64,000 bases of DNA from Heptranchias perlo (Eukaryota), in NCBI RefSeq assembly GCF_035084215.1, contig NC_090354.1, positions 5,270,001 to 5,334,000 on the forward strand, written 5' to 3'. This document shows, piece after piece, positions 37,098-50,440 of this stretch. Every line of letters starts with the position of its first letter. The first letter of the stretch is position 1. The notes under the pieces were generated by a model, which was not told the origin of the DNA, did not search any database, and was given only the letters and a program-made list of their open reading frames with translations. A program made the position numbers and the translations under genes.

Positions 37098-39072
37098 TCT
37101 GTCTCTCCACGTTTTCTGACCATTGAAAGTGACCGTAGACTTATTGCTCCGAGGTCCTTTTCTAATTCTCCCTGTATGAATGTCAATCCCTTCAGTGCAT
37201 GTTAGTCATTGAATCATACAGCACAGAAGGAGCCATGCAAGGGTGGGCCCACTGAGATGGACCACAGAGGAAAGGTGGTGAAGGAGGAGGAGGAGGATGG
37301 CATAATTGATCATGATGAATGCTACAGAGACGTCAAAGTAGACAAGGAGGGGTAAAGCAGCAAGGTCACAGTCACAGAGAGTTTTATTGGTGACTTGGTT
37401 TCAATGCCGTGGGCAGGGTAGAAATCAGATGGAAATGATCCAAACAGGGAAATGTGGGAGTGTGAGCTCACAGCTTGGAGGCAATGACATCTTTAAGGAC
37501 CTTGGACAAGAAGGGGAGGTTAGGGATTGGATGGAAGTTGGAGGGGCAGACAGGGTATTTAAGGAAGGGTTTTGAAAGGAAGAAGGACAATGTCTGAAGA
37601 GAATGAGCCACTAACGACATTGGTGAGCAATGGGCTTGGTGTCACATTTCTTTTGATAACACTCCTGTGAAGCGCCTTGATTTTACTACGTTAAAGGCAC
37701 TATGTAGATGCAAGTAGTTGTTGCTGGGGACATTAGATGATGGTCAAGACTTGGGTGTGGAGGGGATCAAGGGGAGTAGGGAGTGGGTCTCATGGAGAAG
37801 GTGAGCTTTGGGAGGGGGGGGTTTAAGATGGGAGAGATGCTGCAAGGTGACACGGGGTTGAACTAGGAGGTAGTTGGTGATGGGGTAGGGGGTAGAGGAG
37901 GTACCTGAGGCAGCTGCACAGACAGTCTCAATCTTTGAGAGAATGAAATCCATGAACTCCTCGCACCTTGTAAATTGGCCCCTAGGAAACATTATCTTGA
38001 GCAGTTCAACCATTTCCTTTCCCCTTGGGCGGGTGGAAATGGCTGACCTTGGTTCAACGTTTGCACCTGGCAGCACACCCAAGATCAGGGACATGGCCTG
38101 TGTAGGAACTCACTGGCACAGACCCACCTAATACCAGCCAAAACCCATGTCTTGCCACGTTACACATTTGTTTTTGAAGGTAAGATACTATGTAGAGGAA
38201 AGTACACACTACATGACACATTGGTTGGGTAAAGGAGTCTCTCTGTTTACTGTTACATGGAACAATTCCTGAGGCCTGGTCACGAGTACCCTTAAAAAGG
38301 GTAACACACAAGCAATAGCTTTCAACAATTACACAATGGTCACAGTACTCACTGTCTGTACAACTAACAGGCTCCCATAGTGCAGTGAGAAGGCCCCTTT
38401 TTCTGTTAGTCCATTGTGTTCCAGAAATTGTTTTTTTAATAATTTCTAAATTCCTTCCTCTGACTTTTGCTTTTCTATTGCACTTCCAGTTGTCTTTCGT
38501 CCTTATCTCTCTCTCGCTTTCTCTAACACGCACAGTTTGATGTACTGTCGTTTATGACACTGGGTGCCCCTGAGCAATGTCCAGCTGTCTGAACGTCAGG
38601 GAGTAATCAGGAGGTGCATGGCAGTGAGCCAGACGGTCACACACGGATAGCCACTGAGTGGAAGGACAACTTGGTGGAGGGGGGGGGGCGGGGGACGCAC
38701 AGAGAAGGTGGGAGGAGGAGAGACGCTCGCGTTTGGATATCTAGCAAGTCTAATCTTTAAAAACCAACAGGAGCTAACACGTAATGCCAAGCCTACCCCC
38801 CACCCCCGCCCCGGATCATTCGTGAAATTTAACTCCAACCTACAACAGGAGTCATAATGACTGGATCCAGGAAACAGACGTTACACCTTACTGAGTATAA
38901 AAATAAAACGGTATAAAAAGGGTAGTCACAGTGCAATCTGCTGAAACAGTCCTGCAAAGTTGAATCCCCCCCGGTGAAATACTTAACAAGTTTTCATCCA
39001 CTCCCTTTTGCAGATGTCAGTACTAGGAATAGAACATTTTACTAAACTTTTCTTTCCAAAATCAACATCAAG

Positions 39073-39410
39073 GACTCCCAGACCAGATACAGCATGTGTT
39101 TGATGTAGTGCGAAGCTCCCTCTACACTGCCTAACAGTGTGCTTTCATCCCAATCTCCAAAAAGCGTCCCCTACTGCAACCGTGTGACATTTTCACATCC
39201 CACACTGGACAACCTTGAGGTTTCTGTGAGTGAGGCTCAAAGTTTAATGCCAAATGGTGGTGAACTGTAATCAGTGGTATGGATTTGCGGCCATTGAGGC
39301 AATCTCAATTCAATTCCAAACGACTGAAATTGGGATTAAGGCACATTGTTGAGGCAGTGTGGAGGGAGTTTTCCTCTGCATCTTATCTGTGCTGTAGCTG
39401 GCCTAGGGTC
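39073..39410. mobile_element. Ancient element with ~80-bp imperfect inverted arms
   Basis: 39073-39154 is an imperfect reverse complement of 39329-39410 (CTCCCTCTACACTGCCT / AGGCAGTGTGGAGGGAG). Confidence 0.65.
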
Positions 39411-40657
39411 TGGGGGTGGGTGGGAGAGAGCGAAAGAAAAGGAGATACAGGAAGAAAGAAAACAGGGAGAGAGAAAAAGAGAGAGAGCATATGTGCAAGA
39501 AAGCAAGAGTGAAAGACTCTGACTTTGGCCCAATCAGATGGGTTGGATTCAAGTCTGCAAGGTCAGTGTACTGACCCATTCCCTCTTTCATCTAAAGAAA
39601 TGCACCCATCTATTCTATTAAGTGATACAGTCAAATTTGTAATGAGTGTCGTTAAATGGCATTCATGAAATGTACTGAACCATAAAAAAAATGGTCTCGC
39701 CCATGCCACACCTGTGGTTGATCTCAGCCGTAGCCCAAGATGAACTCCCCCATTGACCCTCCTCGCAGTGGGGAAGTGGCTGATCTCCACCCAGCTCCTC
39801 CCCTGACAGCTTGGCTGAGATTGGGATTTTAACATGTGCATAAATTGATTCAGCGTTTCTCAAATTCGCACTAATCTTTGAAGTAACTATCAGACTGTGA
39901 TTAAGTTACAATCTGTTTTCTCACCACAGGAGTGGTACCACATCCCTTGAAATAGGAATATCAATCATACCTGCTTCTAAAGAACTCTCCTCCCCTTAGA
40001 GGGTTTAAGGGAAGCACCATCTATAGTCTTGGACCCCAGTTTTTACTGTACACTCACTCCACCCTCATTATAACACAGGTTGCACCAGACAAGCATTTTG
40101 TTTGTTGTAGCATCTTCTGGTAGTATGAGGTATTAGTTAACACACATCAGAATCTAAAGTCCAGCCGCCTTATTACAGAGTCAGGACTTGGCTGGGAGTC
40201 TAACATAATGAGGAGTGATTAACCATGAAAGATTCTCATTGGAACACTTTCAGTTACAGGGGTATTTCTAGCACTGTCAATACATTATTCCCACATCTAT
40301 ATGAATTCCTCTATTTTACAGGGAAAAAAAAGGAGCAAAAATAAGGAGAGCTGCCAATCTATAAATCAGGAGGGTGTTCTGTTTACAATAATCTGGATGT
40401 CAGATTTACCAGATGCATTCGAAATCTGCATTCATTTTGTTGGCAGTTGTTGAGGGGAGGCACCGAGGAGAGACCAGGAGCTGCTTCACAGAAAGTGAAG
40501 AAAACTTTTTTTAAAAATTCAGAGCAGCGCTGCCAACAGCCTTCGAGGTCACTTTCCTGGCCATTCAGCTGTAGATTGTACCCAGACTCAGGGAAACCAC
40601 AGGGTGGGAAAGGCAACAAAGGAACTTAAAATGACACTTGTCATTACAATCCTCTGA

Positions 40658-40729
40658 GGGGGTATAGCTCAGTGGTAGAGCATTTGACTGCAGATCAAGA
40701 GGTCCCCAGTTCAAATCTGGGTGCCCCCT
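40658..40729 (+). tRNA. tRNA-Cys-GCA: tRNA-Cys (anticodon GCA), intronless
   Basis: GGGGGTATAGCTCAGTGGTAGAGCATTTGACTGCAGATCAAGAGGTCCCCAGTTCAAATCTGGGTGCCCCCT; 72 nt, cloverleaf, A and B boxes, U discriminator, no encoded CCA. Confidence 0.97.
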
Positions 40730-40801
40730 CTGTAACCTTTATGTTTCACAAATAACAATTCATGATGCAGTCCTCCCTCCACATCAACTCAGTAATCATC
40801 C

Positions 40802-41212
40802 CTTGGAGCAGAGGAGGCTGAGGGGGGACATGATTGAGGTGTACAAAATTATGAGGGGCACAGATAGGATGGATACTAAGGAGCTTTTTCCCTTCGTTGA
40901 GGGTTCTATAACAAGGGGACATAGATTCAAGGTAAAAGGCGGGAGGTTTAGAGGGGATTTGAGAAAGAACTTTTTCACCCAGAGGGTGGTTGGAGTCTGG
41001 AACTCACTGCCTGAAAGGGTTGTGGAGGCAGGAACCCTCACAACATTCAAGAAGCATTTGGATGAGCACTTGAAATGCCATAGCATACAAGGCTACGGAC
41101 CAAATGCTGGAATATGGGATTAGAGTAGACAGGGCTGATGGCCGGCGCGGACACGATGGGCCGAAGGGCCTCTATCCGTGCTGTATGACTCTATGACTCT
41201 ATGACTCTATGA
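40802..41212 (+). mobile_element. Young CR1 LINE 3' end
   Basis: Open frame EQRRLRGDMIEVYK...GPNAGIWD; (TATGACTC)n tail. Confidence 0.93.
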
Positions 41213-41517
41213 GATCTCCGCGTTCCTCCAACTCTGGCCTCTTGCGCGTCCCCCACTTCCTTCGCCCCACCGTTGGCGGCCGTGCCTTCAGCCGCCTGGG
41301 CCCTAAGCTCCGGAATTCCCTCCCTAAACCCCTCCACCTCTCTCTCTCCTCCTTTAAGACGCTCCTTCAAAACCTACATCTTTGACCAAGCTTTTTGGCC
41401 ACTTAATATCTCCTTCTTTGGCTTGGTGTTAATTTTTGTCTGATAAAGCTCCTGTGAAAAGCCTTGGGATGTTTTACTAAGTTAAAGGTGCTATATAAAT
41501 GCAAGTTGATGTTATTA
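41213..41517 (+). mobile_element. L2-clade LINE 3' end
   Basis: GGCGGCCGTGCCTTCAGC (GGRAFS) and AAATGCAAGTTG tail. Confidence 0.88.
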
Positions 41518-41895
41518 TTGATCAGTTTTCATTTTACTTTGCTTTTATGATGTAAAGCAAATTTTAAAAATTTTAAACCATGACATTTCAAGAAAATTAA
41601 TTTTGCTTCAGGGAAAGGGTTTATTAAAACACTTCAGAAGCATCCTGAGGTTAATTAGAGGGCACTATTTCCATGTAGATTGCCAGGAGATTATAAACCC
41701 CTGACTGCTCCCCAAGGCTAGAGAAGTCAGCTCGGAAAATATCCTTTCAGCTTTTTTTTCATCTGTAACAAAGTCTGACACTTTCAACTGTGACATTCAA
41801 AAACTTACATATGTTTATTTTTACATTTTACAAAATGAAACAAATCTTTTATGGAATAAAAATTAATAGTTCAGTACTTTCACTGTATAAATATT

Positions 41896-43240
41896 GGCCC
41901 AGAATTTGCTGGAGCAGGGCCTCTCGGATGTACACCATTGTTAAACTTTATCCTGCGCCCTTCGGCACGAAAAACTTTTGCGCGTAACTTGCTGGAAGTG
42001 CGAGTTGATAACGGCGCGGCGAGGGAAACAGGACCCCCGGGACCTCAGTGAACGACGGGACCCCTGGGACCTTAGCGAACGACGGGACCCCCGGGACCTT
42101 AGCGAACGACGGGACCCCCGGGACCTTAGTGAACGACGGGACCCCCGGGACCTTAGTGAACGACGGGACCCCCGGGACCTCAGTGAACGACGGGACCCCC
42201 GGGACCTTAGCGAACGACGGGACCCCCGGGACCTTAGCGAACGACGGGACCCCCGGGACCTTAGTGAACGACGGGACCCCCGGGACCTCAGCGAACGACG
42301 GGACCCCCGGGACCTCAGTGAACGACGGGACCCCCGGGACCTCAGGGAACGACGGGACCCCCGGGACCTCAGCGAACGACGGGACCCCCGGGACCTTAGT
42401 GAACGACGGGACCCCCGGGACCTCAGTGAACGACGGGACCCCCGGGACCTCAGCGAACGACGGGACCCCCGGGACCTTAGTGAACGACGGGACCCCCGGG
42501 ACCTTAGCGAACGACGGGACCCCCGGGACCTCAGCGAACGACGGGACCCCCGGGACCTTAGCGAACGACGGGACCCCCGGGACCTTAGTGAACGACGGGA
42601 CCCCCGGGACCTCAGTGAACGACGGGACCCCCGGGACCTCAGTGAACGACGGGACCGACAGTCTATCTCCTTAACCAGTGAGATATAAGGATTGAGAAAG
42701 AAACAGAGGAATGGCAGAGAAGGAAATAGGGTGGATTAGAGTCAAATCAGGTACAGAAAGAGAGGGAAAGAAAGATTGGATTAAGAAAGAGAGAAAAAGA
42801 AGACAGAGAGGAAAATTAAGAAAAAAAATTTAAAATTTGAAATTTCAAAAATTTCTAAGAAGAATTTACTACAAGAAGGAATGAAATTGAACAGTTTAAA
42901 TTGTTCCCTTTCTGGGCCAGAGAGGTTGATTGGTATTACATTAACAATTATCAGGTCGTTAAAAGGTACTTACGCTCTTAATCACTAGCCTTAACTTTCT
43001 GCAGTGAGATTAATGAGCAATTAATGTGAAAATCCATCAAGTTCTTAAAAATAAACGGGAGGCTAAGGGCAAGGCGCCATTTGTGAGAAGCAAAAGGCGG
43101 AGCAGTAAATAATCCGGCAGGTTGGGGAGCTTCACAACTCATGGCGTATCTCTTCATCCCCTGAACTTGCTGACCAATTTGCACATTAATAATGGCGTGC
43201 GTCGTTAATACGCCTCTATTTTTCCAGCAAGATTTGGCCC
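41896..43240. mobile_element. Non-autonomous PIF/Harbinger-type DNA transposon with internal VNTR
   Basis: TIR GGCCCAGAATTTGCTGGA / TCCAGCAAGATTTGGCCC (14/18); ATT TSD on both sides. Confidence 0.75.
42031..42656. repeat. 27-bp CpG-rich minisatellite, about 23 copies
   Basis: Unit GGACCCCCGGGACCTYAGYGAACGACG. Confidence 0.97.
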
Positions 43241-43842
43241 ATTATATCATTGGCAGTCCCTTCAATATGGATCATGTTTGGCCAATGAGTTGTCTAGCAG
43301 TAGCCAGGGGTTGGCCTTTCATAGTGTGTAATTCAGAACATTGCTCTCTAGAAATTGTTTTTTCAGGAAGAGAATTGCACAGGGACTATGGAATAGAAAG
43401 GGTATCCTTTACAGTTACAGAAACACATTGGAAAGACAATTCTGGTCTATCTGGTCAGCCCTAGAGTTTAAAAACTGAATACACAGTTTTCTACCTGTAG
43501 CTCTCAATTGATTTACTTGCCAAATTACTGTTCAACTGCCTCTTAAATTATTGCTATCAGCTTTGAAAGCATCGCTGGGCAATATATTTTAAACATTAAC
43601 ACCCCCTTCTGAAATATTTCTATCTGATCTCTCCAGTCACGTTCCCTCTCCTGAGCTTCATCTTATGCCCCCTTTGCCATCACTCAGTGCCATGGTAAAT
43701 AAGATCTTCTTACGGTCGATACACTTAAGGATCTTGACCACCTCAATAAGATCCCCTCTCAGTCCTCTCTCCTTAAATTAAAGCCATGCTGACTAGCTCT
43801 GATGACTTCACATTTCATACTTCTCTAGGTATTTCATGATCA

Positions 43843-44630
43843 TTTGGCCCATCGTGCCTGCTCTTTGAAAGAGCTATCCAATTAACCCTACTCCCTTGCT
43901 CTTTCCCCATAGTCCGGCAATTTTCTGGCCTTCAAGTATTTATTCAATTCCCTTTTGAAAGTTACTATTGAATCTGCTTCCACCACCCTTTCAGGCAGCA
44001 CATTCCAGATCATAACAACTCACTGCATAAAAAAAATTCTCCTCGTCTCACCTCTAGCTCTTTTGCCAATTACCTTACATCTGTGTCCTCTGGTTACTGA
44101 CCCTCCTGCCACTGGAAACAGCTTCTCCTTATTTACTCTCTCAAAACCCTTCATGATTTTGAACATCTATTAAATCTCCCCTTAACCTTCTCTGCTTTAA
44201 GAAGAACAATCCCAGCTCCTCCAGTCTCTCCACGTAACTGAAATCCCTCATCCCTGGTACCATTCTAGTAAATCTCCTCTGCACCCTCTCCAAGGCCTTG
44301 ACATCCTTCCTAAAGTGTGGTGCCCAGAATTGGACATTATATCCAGCTGAGGCCTAACCATTGATTTATAAAGGTTTAGCATAACTTCCTTGCTTTTGTA
44401 CTCTATGCCTCTATTAATAAAGCCCAGGATCCCATATGCTTTTTTCATTGCCTTCTCAACTTGTCCTGCCATCTTCAAAGATTTGTGCACATAAAGCCCC
44501 AGGCCTCTCTGTTCCTACACTCCCTTTAAAATTGTACCATTCAGTTCATATTGCCTCTCCTCATTTTTCCTTCCAAAATGCATCACTTGTCTGCGTTAAA
44601 TTTCATTTGCCATGTGTCTGTCCATTTCAC
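43843..44630 (-). mobile_element. CR1 LINE 3' fragment
   Basis: KKAYGILGFINRGIEYKSKEVMLNLYKSMVRPQL. Confidence 0.9.
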
Positions 44631-45351
44631 CTGTTTTCCGGCCTCTAACGTTTTACCCGTGACAGATGTTAGGCTTATCATCCTTTTGTCCATTTAAAAA
44701 AAAATAAGGTGGGTTGTAGCATTCTCTCCAATCCTTTGGTACAACTACCTGATTCTAATGATTGCTAAAAGAATTCGACCAATTTTGTCAGCCAGTTCTT
44801 TGAGTACTTACACCAAACATGTGTGAACCAAAACACTGTGGATTCGACTCAACTGTACATGGCCATCAATCTCATGCAACCCATCTACCCAACCAAAGAA
44901 TAACACATATTCACAAGGAATTTACCTCGTCTCCTCCTCTTGCCCCCACACCCCTCCCCAGAAGTAGAGCACCAAGTAAAGAAAGAAAAATAGCAAAAGA
45001 AAATTGCCCACGTTTCTGTGACTCCAGCCATTCATCTGCTCCCCATTGCAACAGAAAACCAATGGCAAGACACGCAGAAGGACAGTGTTAGCCCACACAC
45101 ACACGTGCAGTTTATCTCTTGATGCATGCACGGCACCATTGAAAGTGGAAGTGAGGAAGCTGAAGCCCAGGACTCAAACCGGTTTCAAATTGGAGTTTTG
45201 TAAATGGTCCAATTCGATCAGTATGACTCTTGAACTGACCCGTAAACAATGTATGATTTGGCAAATGAGAATTCACAGCTTGTTAGAGAACGAGGTTGGT
45301 CACACACAAAGTGCTTTTACAGTTTCTAGATACCAATGAGAGTATCTTAAG

Positions 45352-45623
45352 TAGGGTTACCAACCCTCCAGGGTTGACCTGGAGTCTCCCAGAATTAAAG
45401 ATTAATCTCTAGGACACTGCTGCGAACAAAACCCAGGAGAAAATTCATAGGGGCATTAAAAAAATTGTGTGTTCTTTTCATTTTTTTTTGAACATCTTCA
45501 TCTATTAGTTAGAAAACTATTGGAGATGTGAAAAAAGACCGTTTGATTGGATGAGGTGGTTGGAGGTGGGAGGTTATGTGATGTAATCTCCAGCAATACA
45601 TCCAGCCAGAGTTGGCAACCCTA
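45352..45623. mobile_element. hAT-type MITE, copy 1
   Basis: TIR TAGGGTTACCAAC / GTTGGCAACCCTA; 8-bp TSD ATCTTAAG/ATCTTGAG. Confidence 0.88.
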
Positions 45624-45844
45624 ATCTTGAGCAATATCGGAGATCATACTGTCACAGTGCGTCATAATGAGGGCCTGAGGAACCCATTGGTAGTGTAGGA
45701 AAGCATTTGATGAGAAAATTCAGCCCATCCATCCTATTCCTTCCAAGGACCATCACGGGCTCCACCCTTCCAATTAATCTCCTGGTGGATTGTTTCAAAA
45801 ATTGCTTCCCTGAGTCCCGAAGGTAAACAAGCCCAGACTTCAAA

Positions 45845-46020
45845 GGGCCGATTCCACAATGAGGTGCTCCCAGAAAGATTGGCTCTTGCGGGGAAGCGCT
45901 GTGCAGGCAATCGCAGGCCCGAACAGACAGAAAGTCATAGGCCGCAGGCCTGCGATTCCCCAACCTGCACTTCCTGCGGGCGCCCCATCTCATTGGGAGG
46001 TTCGACTGTGGAATCAGCCC
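45845..46020. mobile_element. Short MITE
   Basis: TIR GGGCCGATTCCACA / TGTGGAATCAGCCC; no clear TSD. Confidence 0.65.
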
Positions 46021-49000
46021 TCGTGCCTTGCAGCTCGGTCATCGACCCTGGCCGGTTGCTGCCCACAGAAGACGCTTCCTTGGTCTCCGAGTAGCGCTCG
46101 GTGTGATATTCGCTCACCTGTACGTGTACTCACCGATAACCTTCAATGCCGTTCCTTTTAATAATAATTACCTGGTTAGCAGCTAGCTGACACAGCACTA
46201 ACTTTTTAATGAAAGTCTACTCAGCATGTGTTCCGCTCAGTGAGGGGGAATAAAATTAAATTATCTCAGTCTTGTTTGAGCCTCGTTAATTTTAGCCTCC
46301 CGTCCTCTAGTACTGTCCTCACAGTCCACATTAAATAACCTGCCTGCAACTGCATTATCCATTCCATTCCTCTCAGCACTTTAATGATCATGTCCCTTTT
46401 TGATCTTTTTTTTTTTGCAATGAAAAGTACTTCTGTCTCTCTTTGTAACTTAGAACACTAAATCCCTGATTCCCCCATGAACCCCCCTCGAACGCCTCAA
46501 TTTCCTTATGGAAAACAGGATGTCCAAAACTTTACACAGTGCTGCAAACTGCCGCCTCATTAACAAGCCACAAAAGATTAGAATACAAGATCAAAACTGT
46601 AATTAAACCAGTGTCCCAGTTCCTGATCAGACTGTTAACAGGAGCTTCACTCCGATGGAAACTTTTACCCGCAATGCTCTCCTTTTCCATCTCGCTAGTG
46701 AACATCCCTCCATTGCGCACACACTCCATGTTTCCAGTTCCTATGACCTTACACTTACGAGAAAGGAGAATCCATTTTCTGTATTGGGTATAAGAGTAAA
46801 AGGGGAGTTGGGTAGAGGGAAGTCACACCACTTTTGCTGTAGAGCTAGATTACCCTTTAATTCAGCGCTACGTTTTTTTTTTGGAACAACTTTCCTCTCC
46901 GCTTCCCTTTGAATGTGATTTTGATTCTTCGAATCCCCCCGCGCCCACCCCTAAGTTGTAACCACTCACCTCTGCTCCATGTGCTCCAGCCAGGTAAGTG
47001 GGCGAGGGGGTCACACACTCCTTCGCAGCTTCCAATAGCAATGCTGCTCTGTGGGTCAGCAGGCAGAAGGCACGTTTCTACGGGGCAAGGCAGACAGTGA
47101 CAGTTTGTGCCATGAGGTGGCTTGTGCCAGATGGCAGCTTGGCTGAGAGCTGCTGAATTAATACAAGGACATCACACCAGTGATGGTGCATTACTGGAGT
47201 CTTACCACAAGTGCGAAAGCCCTGTAATTAACGAGTGGAGGGGGAGGGGGAGATGGGGGGGGGGGGGTCTTTCACATGAGTGACCGAACTTTAGTAACAC
47301 ACCATTAATGGTGTAATGTTCTATTTATTCTATGGGTTATTTTTTCCAAAGTGTCCTGAGGCCCATTAACATTGAAAAATAACTGCGGTTATTTTATCAC
47401 ATTCCCAGAGTGTAGAATTATCACCAATTCCCATAGAATAAAGATTCTTCACACACAGGTCTACCCAGAGCAGGACTAAACCATTCAGATTTGACTTGTA
47501 GCTTTAAACAGTTGTCTCTCACTATAAGGAAAATCCTCTTAAGAAGAACAGAGATGCTAAATATTTAAACTTAACATTAGCATCCTTTTTTATTTGTCTA
47601 ATTCTATGGCAGATACTTTCTTTCTTAATCAGTAAATCCTGACAGCATTTCTTAGTGAAAACTAGCTTGCAGGCATTACTTAGCCGACAGAATGAGGGAG
47701 CTGAATTAACTGACCCAGTTGAAATTACAGGGTCATTGAATCCACTGGGTTAAAGACTGATGTCAATTCAGTTCCGTCATATTGTCAGGAGACAGCAAGA
47801 CCAGGAGCTAAACCCACCAAACAGTCCTCTACAATGAGAGCATGCAGCCTGTTTCTCTCCCTTGTTGGACCCCTCTCCCACAGGGACCCAAGCCAATCTT
47901 AAGTGAGTCATCAAGAGACACTGCACGAGCAGCCTGATTGTGCTAGAATTCCTCAATTTCACTACCCCTCCCAATTCTCGTACACATGCATCTGGTGCGT
48001 GCTCATCATCTCACCACACAGGGTGCTTCAGAGGCCAGCAGAATGGGAGCTTGGACCAGAATCATTCTGATCTATGCTGCTTCTGGTCCAACGTGCAGGG
48101 TAACTGTATTATCCAATTAACAACAAAACAAAAACAAAACAGAAAATGAGCCCCCTTGGTGGGGAAGTGCACTATCTGGAGAAGAAAAAACTAAAGAAAG
48201 AACTAAACACACAGACCAGGAGCATCTCAGCTTCAATCCTCAGCCTAGCTGATCCTTGATAAGTTGGCAATGGGAGTGCCCAAATGGGCATCAGCGTTTA
48301 CGGGCTAAGAAAAGTGGGGTACGGGGGAGTGCTAAATCAGCCAAGGTTCCAGCTCCCAAGGGCTTTTCATTGACCCTCGCTGGGACTGGCATTGAGTGAA
48401 GACAGGATCTGACTCAACTTCATGACTAAAGAGCCTGCCTACACTCACTGTCTAGATTCACGCATGACAAATGGCCATTTGGGTGAAATACGGACAATGC
48501 CCATGGGACTATGGGCCAGCAGGAGAGGAGAAAGTTGGAGAGACAAAAAAAAATTGGAGGGGGAGGAGGAGTGGACTGGGGAAAAGGCTCCTTTGTGATA
48601 ATTCCAACATCTTATTTGAAATTATATCACACAATATTGTTCTACAATGCAATTAAAATTTAGGCAAATGCATTAGAGGAATTTTTCGCACTCAAAATCA
48701 ACTGGAATATGAAACATGAAGCAACCTGATAAAACGCAGCCAAATCCTAACTGCTCAAAAACTTGGCTTTTGTTCAAAAATTGTGGCCTCACCATTGGGA
48801 TGAGAATGAGGAGAGAGTGAAGTGGGGATGAAACAAAAGCATCAAATATTTATAGATTCACTTCAAGGCCAATGTCACTTTCCAAACCATTAATTTATGA
48901 CACCTTGAGTAGGGAAGACCAACAATGTGCCAAAACAGATGGCAAGATTCAGTTGCATCATTCTGTACATATGTGGGTAGGATGTAGCCAGCAATGAAAG

Positions 49001-49510
49001 GTTCGGTTAAAGACCCTGGATCACTTACAATCAATGAAGCTACGGGTCAGATATGTATCTCACTACTGGCCGTGACAGGTTCCATTTATAATTGAATTAT
49101 ACCATTGGATTGAAACACTGAGATGGAATTGGCTGAGGTGCCATTGCATGCAAGAAAATTTGTTCTCATTATTATTAACTAATTGAGGTCAGCAAGTGAT
49201 ATTTGAGCTAATAGCTGTTGACGTCACTCAAAACAGAATGCATTGGGAGTAAGGGCCAGACGTGTCACAAAATAGATAAACACGCTTCCCATCTCTTGAA
49301 TAAATGCGAGGAAATATTGGCTGTGTTTTCGAGTTATAAATCTTATAGGCTGCAATAGAAGGGAGTTCGCACAGGGAGAAACAGACAGATGTATTCACGA
49401 TTGGTTTCAGGTATACTGCCCGGAGACTGAAAGACAAAAGATGCAATGTTGTGTTTCCTGGCTCACTTCTGATTTTTGCAAGCCCCAAAGAGTTCTTGTC
49501 TAGAATTATG

Positions 49511-49666
49511 GGGAGTAAATTTAACCTCAGCAGGGGTGGGGGGGGTGGGGGGGTAGTTAAACAGGCCGCCCGTTACACAGCCCGCTCGATTTTCCTTGGA
49601 ATGTCGTATGGGGGCGGCTGATTCACTTCCGCCTGTTTCATGCTCCCGAACTTGAATTTTACCCCC
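49511..49666. mobile_element. Short degenerate MITE
   Basis: GGGAGTAAATTTAA / TGAATTTTACCCCC; flanks ATG/GTG. Confidence 0.55.
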
Positions 49667-50082
49667 GTGAAGTCTAATGGACGGATGGCCAAATGGGGCA
49701 GTGAAAATGGTCTTGACTTTATAAACAATTGGAACTCTTTTGGGGCGTGGGGGGAAACAGGCTGGTTCTGGAAGGATATTCTGCACCTAGATAGCATAGG
49801 ATCTGAGAGACTAGTTATGAATATAGATGAAGTAACCAAGACTTGTTTAAATTAGACAAGGGATGGAGAAGGTATGGGACTTTATCTCTACAAAAAGAGA
49901 GCTTGGGGCATGGCTAAGTGGTGGAGGTGGTGGAGGGAGCATAAAACAGAATGGCAAGAAATGTGAAGAAACTAAATATATTAGTTTATATAAATTAGCA
50001 ACCTGTTTGGCCGCTACTGTTACCTTTGCGTAAAAATCATTAACTGCAGTAGTCCTGAATTTCAGTCCATACCTGTATTATC

Positions 50083-50440
50083 TCGGGTTGCCAACTCTCC
50101 AGGATTGGCCTGGAGGCTCCAGGAATTAATGATTAATCTCCAGGACACTGCTGCGAGCAATACCCAGGAGAAAAATCATAGGGGCGTTAAAAACAAATTG
50201 TATATTGTTTTCATTTTCTTTGAGCTTTTTGTTTATTAGTTGTAAAAATATTGGGGAAGGGAAAATTGGCTCTTTGACGGTGAGGAATCATCCAATCGAG
50301 TAACAGTGGGTCTGTCTACCTTACACTTGGTGTGGGAAGGCTGTGCTTCGCGACGATGGACGTGTTGGGCGACTAATGGCGGGAATGGAGTGGTTGGATG
50401 AAACCTCCAGGAATACATCCAACCAGAGTTGGCAACCCCA
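50083..50440. mobile_element. hAT-type MITE, copy 2
   Basis: Same family as 45352; TSD GTATTATC/GTTTCATC. Confidence 0.85.

Noticed and set aside
40127-40148. let-7-like TGAGGTATTAGTT
   Set aside because: Only the first bases match and I see no precursor hairpin.
41978-42688. 236-aa ERRDPRDLS repeat protein and 208-aa NDGTPGT ORF
   Set aside because: They are products of a 27-bp VNTR inside a MITE, start at non-ATG codons, and have no splice or promoter support.
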